A stretch of DNA of 10,352 nucleotides from Oligoflexia bacterium (GCA_043732485.1 JAYTHP010000184.1:1-10352); one strand, 5' to 3'. Shown: positions 1-8,004, numbered from the stretch's first letter. The notes: generated by a model not told the origin, from the sequence alone. A program made the numbers and translations.

Positions 1-191
1 TTGGCGTTTGTTAGCCAAAAAAGCAAAAGTTCATCGCCAAAACAACTCTGAGAACCTCGACGATCACCGCAGTTCAGTGAGGCTGAGAGATAGGCGAGTT
101 GCCTCTTTGGGGGGTAGAGTGCCAGGCGCTCTTCAGTCACAGTGTCTAGTCGAGTGGCGTCAGGGGCAAGTGATTGAATTCTGGGGGTCAA
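1..191 (-). CDS. Possible hypothetical protein, N-terminal part only (runs off the window), translationally coupled to eno
   Basis: Manual translation: TTG at 191-189 overlaps the eno stop TGA (190-188) as TTGA. The frame stays open to position 1 (MTPRIQSLAPDATRLDTVTEERLALYPPKRQLAYLSASLNCGDRRGSQSCFGDELLLFWLTNA...), while the other two minus frames contain stops. No family recognised. Confidence 0.4.
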   Translation of the reverse strand, partial: MTPRIQSLAPDATRLDTVTEERLALYPPKRQLAYLSASLNCGDRRGSQSCFGDELLLFWLTNA

Positions 192-1504
192 AGGAATAAA
201 TCAAAAACCTTAAGGCCTGCGTATTCCGCGTGATCCCCTTGCTTTTCTTCAATGCGTAGCAGCTGGTTGTATTTGGCCATGCGGTCACTGCGGGAGCCTG
301 AGCCGGTTTTAATTTGGCCACAGTCTGTGCCCACTGCAAAATCGGCTAAAAAAGCGTCCTCCGTCTCACCGCTGCGATGAGAGGCAATCATGCTGAAGCC
401 TGCCTGTTGCGCCATTTTGAGGGTAGCAAAAGTCTCGCTGACCGAACCCACTTGATTGAGCTTAATGAGAATCGAATTGGCAGCTTTTTGCTCAATGCCT
501 TTTTTGAGATAGCTCGATTGCGTCACAAAAAGATCATCTCCCACCAGTTGGCACCGATTGCCGAGACTTTTTGTCATCGCCTTCCAGCCGGCCCAGTCAT
601 GCTCGGCTAGCCCGTCTTCAATGGAAATAATGGGGAATTCCTTCATCCATTGCTGGTAAATGTCAATCATTTCTTCGCTCGAGTGGTGTTTTCCTTCAAA
701 AGTATAGCGATTGGAGCCGATGCAAAATTCACTGGCTGCGACATCTAAGCCTAAGAAGATATTTTGCCCCGGCTGATAGCGCGCCTTCCGAATCGCTTCC
801 ATGATACAGCTTAGGGCCTGCTGGTGGGGACTTCTCCCCTCAAACACCGGTGCAAAGCCACCTTCGTCGCCCACGCTGGTGGCAAGTCCCTTTTGGTGGA
901 GGATCGAGCGTAAATGGTGAAAAATCTCCACCCCAGCGCGCAGCGCCTCGGAAAAGGTGGGAAAACCCGCCGGGATGATCAGAAATTCCTGGATCGCTAA
1001 ATCATTATTTGCGTGCTTGCCGCCGTTCAAGATATTCATCAACGGGACGGGCAGTCGCTGGCGAGGACTCTTAAAAAGGCCGGCAATCCAATCCACTGAG
1101 CTCTGTTTTTCGAAAGAAGCCATGGCTTTTAAAAAAGCAATGCTTACCCCTAAAATGGTGTTCGCCCCTAAATTGCTCTTGCGCTCCGAACCATCTAAGT
1201 CACAAAGCAGTTGATCCAAATGGGCTTGAGATTCAATCCGGCTACCCAGTAAAGCAGGCGCCACTTTCTGGTTGAGATTTTGAATGGCTTTTTTGACGCC
1301 TTTGCCTAAAAAGCGATTGGGGTCCTGGTCTCGCAGTTCCAGCGCTTCGCCTTCACCGGTGGAGGCACCGGAGGGGACACTGCTGCGACCCCATCCTACC
1401 CACTCAGGGTGATTTGCTGCGATCAATTCGAGATCCACTTCGATGGTGGGATATCCCCGGGAGTCAAGGATTTCACGGCCGATGAGACTCTTAATTTGCA
1501 TCAT
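188..1504 (-). CDS. eno: Enolase (phosphopyruvate hydratase)
   Basis: 438 aa with the standard enolase motifs: REILDSRGxPTIEV, VPSGASTG, GDEGGFAP, IEDG, LVGDDLFVT, ILIKLNQVG, SHRSGETED, GQIKTG..RSDRMAKYNQLLRIEE. The start is ATG 1504 or the adjacent ATG 1501. Confidence 0.98.
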   Translation of the reverse strand: MMQIKSLIGREILDSRGYPTIEVDLELIAANHPEWVGWGRSSVPSGASTGEGEALELRDQDPNRFLGKGVKKAIQNLNQKVAPALLGSRIESQAHLDQLLCDLDGSERKSNLGANTILGVSIAFLKAMASFEKQSSVDWIAGLFKSPRQRLPVPLMNILNGGKHANNDLAIQEFLIIPAGFPTFSEALRAGVEIFHHLRSILHQKGLATSVGDEGGFAPVFEGRSPHQQALSCIMEAIRKARYQPGQNIFLGLDVAASEFCIGSNRYTFEGKHHSSEEMIDIYQQWMKEFPIISIEDGLAEHDWAGWKAMTKSLGNRCQLVGDDLFVTQSSYLKKGIEQKAANSILIKLNQVGSVSETFATLKMAQQAGFSMIASHRSGETEDAFLADFAVGTDCGQIKTGSGSRSDRMAKYNQLLRIEEKQGDHAEYAGLKVFDLFL

Positions 1505-1548
1505 TCATCTGTGAAGCTAGCATATTTTTTTGAAAGTCGGTAGAAGGT

Positions 1549-1578
1549 TTGACAATTATTCGTGCTCTGGTGCAAACT
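1549..1578 (+). promoter_or_regulatory. Candidate sigma70-type promoter facing the tolC-RND genes
   Basis: Perfect TTGACA at 1549-1554, but only a weak -10 candidate (CAAACT 1573-1578, 18-nt spacer). It lies in the AT-rich part of the divergent intergenic region. Confidence 0.25.
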
Positions 1579-1580
1579 CT

Positions 1581-1619
1581 AAGAAGAGCCCAAAAGAAGA
1601 GCCCAAAAGAAAAGCGGAA
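1581..1619 (+). repeat. 13-bp tandem repeat (AAGAAGAGCCCAA) x2 exact plus one degenerate copy
   Basis: 1581-1593 and 1594-1606 are identical. 1607-1619 (AAGAAAAGCGGAA) has 3 mismatches. Further A-tracts follow to ~1640. Confidence 0.75.
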
Positions 1620-2124
1620 AAAAAGCCAGGATAAAAAAAGCGCCAACAATTTGCTGCACGCGGGGCGATCAAATGCCCTCCTGCTTCCTCTCTTGCTCTG
1701 CGGGGCTTGCTGGCGCTCGGTGGTGTGAAGGGTGGGCTAAAAAATGCTTTTGTTTGGGTTTCTAGGAAGAATTTTTTCTGTAAAGGCTTTTTCTGCTTGA
1801 CGGTTTTTGCTGGTGCTCTGCGCGGCGGCGGGTTTGAAGCGGCAATGGATGGGTAATGCGACTGGCTGGGAGGCGGTTCCCTAGGGGGAACTCTTGCATG
1901 GACGCTTTGATGAAGCGAGCTAGAGTGCTGCGGTGGCAATTTTAGTGGTCATTGACGACGCGCGTGACGACAGGCGGTGGTCCCGCAGCGCGGTGCGCCA
2001 AGGACAGGCGGCGGCGGGTGGTGCTCTGCCCTGCGATTTTTGATCGCGCAAGTCCTTGTTGCTGTCTGGGACCTGAAAGACTTTTGTGGGACGGGGGTTG
2101 CGTGAGAAAAAAATTGGGTGAGGA

Positions 2125-3735
2125 ATGAAAACGAAGACGGCGCTCAGACGACGGTATCGACTAAAAATTAGGTTTAGTCCAAGTTCCTTGAGAAAAGTCA
2201 GGAAAAATGGCGCCAGAAAACCGGGTTTACTCGTTACGTTTGGTCTCGGCTTGACTCTATTGCAAATCCTACCCCTTTTGCTTGCGGCAATCGCCACGAG
2301 TGCCGAGGCAAGTATGCCACCTTCGGCTTTGTCGTCTGGGGCGGAGGTTTTGACCTTAGAACAGTATTTAATGCAGGTGCGGGAGAATCATCAAGGCATT
2401 CAGGCCTTAACTGAGGCGGTGCTGGCGGGTGAGAAACGCGCTCAAGAGAGTCAGCTCGTTTACGCTCCGACACTTTACGCCGATGCCAGGGTGATTTCGG
2501 ATGCTAAGATGCAGCCGCTGAATTTCATTCTCTTTAAGGCCATCGACACTTACACCTTTTCCTTAGGGGTGAGCAAGACCACTGCTTTTGGCTTGTCAGG
2601 CAAGTTGCACTATGATTGGTACCAGTCTTTTTACGTAGGCTTTAACGGGGCGGCTTTCGGGATTTCCTCGATTCCCACCTACTACAATGCTTCACCGGTG
2701 TTGGAGTTCACGCAAAACTTATGGAGCAACTGGGCTGGGCGCTCAACGCTTGCGAGTAGCGAGCAAATGGCAGCTTCAGCCCAGGCGGCGCAGTGGGGAT
2801 CAAGCTTTCAGGTGAAGGTCGTGCTGACCCAAGCCGAGCTGGCCTACTGGAACTTAGGCTTAGCGCGCCGGGTGCTTGCGATTCATCAAGCCTCGTTAGA
2901 ACGGGCCAAGCTGATTCACCAGTGGAATTTGAAACGCGAGCAGCGTCACTTAGGTGAGCTGTCAGATAGCTTGCAATCGGAAGCCCAGCTGCAGCAAAGC
3001 GCGCTCAGTCTGCTGTCGGCTGAGAAGGCCTTGAAAAAAACAGCGCACGCCTTTAATGCCTTGCGCTCGCAAGACGCCTGGCAAGTGGCAGAAACCCTGA
3101 CTCAGTGGTCAGCGGCGCATTTAGCGCAGCTTGCTCCGCCTCTGCGGGGAAGCGTGCGTGAGGACTTGAAGGCGGCTGAGCAGCAGATGTTAGTCAGTGA
3201 GGCGCAGGCCCGCTTGGGCCTGGAGCGGAATAAGCCAAGCCTTGATTTATCGGTGCTCTTTGCGCTCAATGGGCAGGGAGCCTTAGCTCAGTACTCCTCG
3301 ATTCCAATGAATTTTCAGGAAGCGATGCAGTATTCCTTGGGCTGGAACCGGCCGACGGTCAATGTGGCCTTGCATTTTTCAATGCCGCTCGATCTGCATT
3401 CCGTGCAGCAGGCGTTGCACGGCTGGAGTTTGGAGAAGACTGCGGCTGAGAAGACCTTGGATCGCAAGCGGTTTGAGCAGGAGCAAGATTGGCTGGATTT
3501 GATGAATCGTTACGAGGAGTTTCATGCCCGCATTCAACTCTCGCTCAGTTTAGAGAACATTCAGGAAAAAAAGTTACAAGCCGAGCGCCAGAAATTGCAA
3601 CAAGGGCGCTCGACCACCTATCAAGTGCTGTTTTTTGAGCAAGATTACCTGATGGCGCAGTTGACGAGCGCTCAAGATGAGGCCAGCCTGCTTGGGGTGG
3701 TGGCTGAGATGAAGCAGTACGGAGAAGCGTTATGA
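2125..3735 (+). CDS. TolC-family outer membrane efflux protein (OMF)
   Basis: 536 aa. Basic n-region, then hydrophobic h-region, then A-E-A cleavage site (aa 60-62). The OMF-like start LTLEQYLMQVRENH is followed by two repeats of beta-strand segments and long amphipathic helices (e.g. ASLERAKLIHQWNLKREQRHLGELSDSLQSEAQL; KKLQAERQKLQQGRSTTYQVLFFEQDYLMAQL). It directly precedes an RND gene. The start is uncertain (alternative TTG at 2188). Confidence 0.85.
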   Translation: MKTKTALRRRYRLKIRFSPSSLRKVRKNGARKPGLLVTFGLGLTLLQILPLLLAAIATSAEASMPPSALSSGAEVLTLEQYLMQVRENHQGIQALTEAVLAGEKRAQESQLVYAPTLYADARVISDAKMQPLNFILFKAIDTYTFSLGVSKTTAFGLSGKLHYDWYQSFYVGFNGAAFGISSIPTYYNASPVLEFTQNLWSNWAGRSTLASSEQMAASAQAAQWGSSFQVKVVLTQAELAYWNLGLARRVLAIHQASLERAKLIHQWNLKREQRHLGELSDSLQSEAQLQQSALSLLSAEKALKKTAHAFNALRSQDAWQVAETLTQWSAAHLAQLAPPLRGSVREDLKAAEQQMLVSEAQARLGLERNKPSLDLSVLFALNGQGALAQYSSIPMNFQEAMQYSLGWNRPTVNVALHFSMPLDLHSVQQALHGWSLEKTAAEKTLDRKRFEQEQDWLDLMNRYEEFHARIQLSLSLENIQEKKLQAERQKLQQGRSTTYQVLFFEQDYLMAQLTSAQDEASLLGVVAEMKQYGEAL

Positions 3736-6700
3736 GTTTAGCCTCACTATCGATTGCCAGACCGACTTTTATTACCTGTTTGGTGATTCTCATGCTCGCG
3801 GTGGGAACCTTAGCCATGCAAAAAATGGGAGTAGACTTGTTTCCCGATGTCACTTTTCCCATCGTGGTGGTCAACACGGCGTATCCGGGAGCAGGCCCGA
3901 TTGAGATCGAATCCTTAGTTTCGCGACCCTTAGAAGACGAAATGAGCACGCTTGCGGGACTCAATCGTTTGTCCTCTGTTAGCTCGGACGGGATGAGCCA
4001 AGTGGTGGCCGAGTTTAACATGGAAGTGGATGTGAAGCACGCCGAGCAGCAGATCCGCGACCGGGTTTCTTCTGCGCGCGGCAAGCTGCCGCTGGATATC
4101 AAGGAGCCTGTGATTCGCAGAATTGATCCGGCGGATCAGCCAATTTTGCAACTGGCATTGAGCCAACAGCCACTTTCTGCGACGGTTGCCGGGCCTGGCA
4201 AGTCTTTGAATGCCGAGCAGGAGGGTGCGGCGCTGTTTGATTTAGCCGATCAAGTGGTGCGCCCGGCCTTTGAGCAAGTCAATCAAGTCGGGTTGGTGGA
4301 GATTATTGGCGGTCGCAAGCGCGAGATTCAAGTCAAGCTCGATCGCGCCAGGCTCAAGGCGCGGGAGTTGTCCGTGAGTGACGTGGTGCGGCATTTGGCT
4401 GACGCCGGGGAGAACACTCCGAGTGGCAAGCTGGTGCGCGGCGATCACGAGTTGAACTTTCGCACGGTGGGTGAGTTTCAATCGGTGCGCGAGATTGAAG
4501 ACTCTGTGATGAACTTTTTTGGCTCCGAAGTGCCCGTGGCGATTAAGGACTTAGGCGTGGTGGTGGATACGGTAGAAGATGAAACCTCGCGGGGCTTTTT
4601 GAATGGCAAAAAAGCGCTTTTCTTGAACATTTACCGGCAATCAGGCGCCAATACCCTAGCGGTGGTGGATGCCTTAAAAAAACGCTTAGCGCGAGTGCAA
4701 AATGACCTGAATCTCAAACCAGAAAAGCCTACTATCACCATCGTGAGAGATGGTAGCAACTGGATTCGTGCCAACGTGCAGGACGTGAAAGAGTCAATTT
4801 TTCTAGGGGTGCTGCTTGCGGTGGTGGTGGTGTTTTTCTTTCTCGGCAGTGGGAGGTCGACGATCATTACCGGGCTTGCCTTGCCCAATTCGCTGATTGG
4901 CGCTTTTATTCTCATGGCGGCAGCAGGCTTCACCATCAACATCATGACGCTCTTGGCGTTGAGTCTCTCGATTGGCTTACTGATTGATGATGCCATTGTG
5001 GTGCGTGAAAATATCTTTAGGCATCTCGAAATGGGGAAGACGCCCGCGAAAGCGGCGCTGGAGGGCACCGCTGAAGTGACCTTGGCGGTGATTGCCACGA
5101 CACTCACCGTGATTGCCGTGTTTGGTCCGGTGGGTTTTTTAAAAGGGGTGGTCGGGCAGTTTTTTAAGCAGTTTGGTTTGACGATTTGTTTTGCCATGGC
5201 CATCAGTTTGTTTGACGCGCTAACCATTGCGCCGATGCTCTCGGCCTACTTTGCGGCAGCCCCTGTGAAGGAGGGGCATCTTGTGAGTGGTCCCCCGGCT
5301 AAAAGTCCCCCGGCACCATCGTTGGGGATCTCGACGCTAGTGACGTGGCTTTATGAGCAAACCTTGGGCCGCCTGCTTGCGGGTTTTGAGCGCTTTCAAG
5401 TCGCGCTGGAGGAAGGTTACGAGCGTGGGCTGAGGCGCATCTTGCGCTTTCCACTCAGTGTCTTACTGACTGCCTTTTTGCTTTTGTGTGGCAGTTTGTA
5501 TTTGGGGAAGTTCATTCCCAAGACCTTCTTGCCACCGCAAGACTCGGGTGAGTTTAACGTCGGTTTGGATTTACCGCCTGGCACCAGTTTGCAGGGCATG
5601 ACGGAGGTGGCATCGTCGGTGGATCAGCAGTTGCGGGCAGTGCCTGAGGTGTTACTGACGGCGCTCACGGTGGGGGGTAAAAACGGTGGCTCGGAGTTGG
5701 CCACCTTTTACGTCAAGTTGATTGATCAGAAATTGCGAAAGCTGAACACTAGTCAAGTGAAAGAGAAGATTCGCGGAATGCTCAAGACTTTTGGGTCAGC
5801 CAATCCGCAAGTCAAGGATTTTGATGCCGTGGGCGGTGGGGAGCGGCCCTTTTTGCTCAATTTGATTTCCGCCAACCAGGTGGAGTTAGAGCAATTTGCC
5901 TTGAAGGTTTTTCAGCGGCTGAAGACTCATCCGGGGTTAAAGGACGTGGATGTGAATTTTAGGCCGGGGAGGCCTGAGTTTCAAATCATCTTGGATCCTA
6001 AGCGGGCACTTGGCTTAGGCGTTAACGCTAAGCTGTTAGGCTCTGAGCTGCGCGCGCAAATCGAAGGGCTGACGCCAGCGAAGTTTCGCGCAAAGGGTTT
6101 AGAGTACGACATTCGCGTCCGGCTTGAGGATTCGCAGCGGGATCTGAAAGTAGGCTTCGCTAAGACCCTGATTCCGAATCTTAATCACAACTTTATCCGT
6201 TTATCGGATGTTGCCAAAGGTGTGGAAGCGGAGGTGGCTGCAACCATCAATCGTCAAGACCGCGCGCGCTTTATCCGGATCTTAGCGGATATTGCCCCGG
6301 GCGCTGGAATGGGGAACGTGATGGAGGATGTCGATCAGCTGTTTAAAACCGAGGAGATGAAGCTGCCAGCGGGTATGCGCTATGTCTTTACCGGGCAAGC
6401 GGAGAATTTCGCAGAGCTGGCCTCCAGTGTTGTCACCGCCATGGGGTTGGGTTTGTTGTTCATTTATCTGGTCCTTGCCAGCCTTTACGAGTCGTTTGTC
6501 ACGCCACTGACGATTATGCTGGCTTTGCCGCTTGCGCTTTGTGGCTGTTTGGTGGCGCTCTATGTGACGCACGAGTCGCTCAACATTTTTTCGATGATTG
6601 GGATTATTATGTTGCTGGGAGTGGCGACGAAAAATTCCATTTTATTGATCGATTATGCTAATCAGTTGCTGGCGCAGGGGATGACGCGGGAGCAGGCGTT

Positions 6701-6962
6701 GCTGAAGTCGGGTAAAACGAGATTACGTCCGATCTTGATGACTACCATGGCCTTAATCGCAGGCACGGTGCCTGTGGCCATGGGGCTCAATGAAGCCTCA
6801 CGTCAGCGGACGGGCATGGGGATTGCGATCATTGGTGGGCTGGTGAGCTCAACGCTTTTAACGCTTGCAGTGGTGCCTGCGGCTTTCTCTTATTTTGATC
6901 GCTTTCGGCTTTGGAGCAAGGAATTACTAGGACGCTGGCTGGGAGGCGGCGCGAGCGCCTGA
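3732..6962 (+). CDS. RND efflux transporter permease subunit (AcrB/AcrD/AcrF, HAE1-like)
   Basis: 1076 aa. N-terminal SIARP-TM1-DLFPDV..YPGA pattern. Proton-relay motifs GLLIDDAIVVRENI, GVATKNSILLID and RLRPILMTT are intact. The ATG overlaps the tolC stop (ATGA 3732-3735), with GGAG at 3721-3724 as SD. Confidence 0.96.
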   Translation: MSLASLSIARPTFITCLVILMLAVGTLAMQKMGVDLFPDVTFPIVVVNTAYPGAGPIEIESLVSRPLEDEMSTLAGLNRLSSVSSDGMSQVVAEFNMEVDVKHAEQQIRDRVSSARGKLPLDIKEPVIRRIDPADQPILQLALSQQPLSATVAGPGKSLNAEQEGAALFDLADQVVRPAFEQVNQVGLVEIIGGRKREIQVKLDRARLKARELSVSDVVRHLADAGENTPSGKLVRGDHELNFRTVGEFQSVREIEDSVMNFFGSEVPVAIKDLGVVVDTVEDETSRGFLNGKKALFLNIYRQSGANTLAVVDALKKRLARVQNDLNLKPEKPTITIVRDGSNWIRANVQDVKESIFLGVLLAVVVVFFFLGSGRSTIITGLALPNSLIGAFILMAAAGFTINIMTLLALSLSIGLLIDDAIVVRENIFRHLEMGKTPAKAALEGTAEVTLAVIATTLTVIAVFGPVGFLKGVVGQFFKQFGLTICFAMAISLFDALTIAPMLSAYFAAAPVKEGHLVSGPPAKSPPAPSLGISTLVTWLYEQTLGRLLAGFERFQVALEEGYERGLRRILRFPLSVLLTAFLLLCGSLYLGKFIPKTFLPPQDSGEFNVGLDLPPGTSLQGMTEVASSVDQQLRAVPEVLLTALTVGGKNGGSELATFYVKLIDQKLRKLNTSQVKEKIRGMLKTFGSANPQVKDFDAVGGGERPFLLNLISANQVELEQFALKVFQRLKTHPGLKDVDVNFRPGRPEFQIILDPKRALGLGVNAKLLGSELRAQIEGLTPAKFRAKGLEYDIRVRLEDSQRDLKVGFAKTLIPNLNHNFIRLSDVAKGVEAEVAATINRQDRARFIRILADIAPGAGMGNVMEDVDQLFKTEEMKLPAGMRYVFTGQAENFAELASSVVTAMGLGLLFIYLVLASLYESFVTPLTIMLALPLALCGCLVALYVTHESLNIFSMIGIIMLLGVATKNSILLIDYANQLLAQGMTREQALLKSGKTRLRPILMTTMALIAGTVPVAMGLNEASRQRTGMGIAIIGGLVSSTLLTLAVVPAAFSYFDRFRLWSKELLGRWLGGGASA

Positions 6963-7077
6963 GCATGGCCTGAGCCTGGGGTCTAACACCGCACAGGATC
7001 GCGCCAAGGCTTCAAAAAAATGTTCAGACCGCTTAGGGACAAAAAATAAGGCTCTCGTTGGGGAGAAAAAACTGGGT

Positions 7078-8004
7078 ATGATCATGGGGAGCGCCAAAAA
7101 AATGAAAAAAGCTAGCGACACAGAAACTTTCGTCAACCTGCACCGCCCAGAGGCGGGCAGGAGCAAGCGGGGAGCGGCGCTTGCTGGCGTCCTGCTGAGC
7201 AGTCTATTGTTGCTGCCTCGTGCGGGTCTGCAGGCTGCGGCCCCCAAGCCTGCGGTCTCGGGGGCTGCGGCGTTGTTATCGCCTTCACCCTCGCCTTCCG
7301 CTTCTCCTTCTGCGGGGACAGCTGCTTCGTCGCCTCCCAGAGAGGGTCGAGGCTTACAGGGGGTGGCGTTTCCTGCGCGTTTGGCCGCTGATTTACAAAT
7401 CGATCGTATCGAGCAGGGAGTGATTTTTTTTAAAAGTGGGTTGATGAAAGGTGCTGCGGCGAAAGGGCCTGACTTGCCGCCGCTTGATACTCATTTGTTT
7501 GATGTGACGCCCGTGGGGGTGTTGCATGCCGGGGAAAAAAGTTTTCCTTATTTTTTGCTAGCCGGCAAGACTTGTCAGAATTGTGAGCTTGACCGGGCGC
7601 TGTTTGTGGTGAGCCCTCACCGCGACGATAACCGCACGGCGTATGTCTATCCCGGCCGGGTACTGGATCCAAAGACGCGGGCGATTTTACTGGATTCTGA
7701 GGCTTTTTACGGCGAGTGTTTGCCGCACAGGCCTGATATTTATATCGTTTTTCAAAAGGAAAAAGTCGATCGGCGGCAAAAACTGCAAGAAAGCGTTCTA
7801 GTCGTTGAGCCTGCGCAGGCCCATTTGCTGGAAACCCTACTGGAGCGCCATTTACCGAAACTGCGGGTCACCCGGCAGTTGGTTCAGCAAGGCAAATGCT
7901 TTCGCGTTCCCACCTGGAACCGCTTGGCCTCGCAAATTACTTTGAACTTGCGCCCACAAGAGCAACAGGAGTTGAACCGCATCTTGGAAGAGCACAGTCC
8001 CTGA
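7078..8004 (+). CDS. Hypothetical exported protein: signal peptide, Ser/Pro/Ala-rich linker, CxxC-containing domain
   Basis: 308-aa ORF that fills the space between the RND gene and ettA. Hydrophobic stretch GAALAGVLLSSLLLLPRAGLQA follows basic residues, then the SPSPSPSASPSAGTAASSPP linker and GKTCQNCELD. G-rich SD-like sequences lie upstream of ATG 7078 and ATG 7102, so the start is uncertain. Confidence 0.75.
   Translation: MIMGSAKKMKKASDTETFVNLHRPEAGRSKRGAALAGVLLSSLLLLPRAGLQAAAPKPAVSGAAALLSPSPSPSASPSAGTAASSPPREGRGLQGVAFPARLAADLQIDRIEQGVIFFKSGLMKGAAAKGPDLPPLDTHLFDVTPVGVLHAGEKSFPYFLLAGKTCQNCELDRALFVVSPHRDDNRTAYVYPGRVLDPKTRAILLDSEAFYGECLPHRPDIYIVFQKEKVDRRQKLQESVLVVEPAQAHLLETLLERHLPKLRVTRQLVQQGKCFRVPTWNRLASQITLNLRPQEQQELNRILEEHSP

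Noticed and set aside
8..199. Plus-strand 63-aa ORF
   Set aside because: TTG start with no recognisable features. It overlaps the eno 3' end, and the minus-strand frame coupled to eno is the better candidate.
1581..1640. Repeat block as a CRISPR array
   Set aside because: 13-bp adjacent units with no spacers and no cas genes.
1556..2297. Minus-strand ORFs 1556-1939 and 1920-2297
   Set aside because: Pro/Ser/Lys/Phe-biased translations that reflect local base skew and have no recognisable motif. The second overlaps the tolC 5' end, and the first would overlap the likely promoter region.
6957..6975. GCCTGAGC direct repeat at the RND stop
   Set aside because: Only 8 bp and two copies; compatible with chance or a trivial local duplication.
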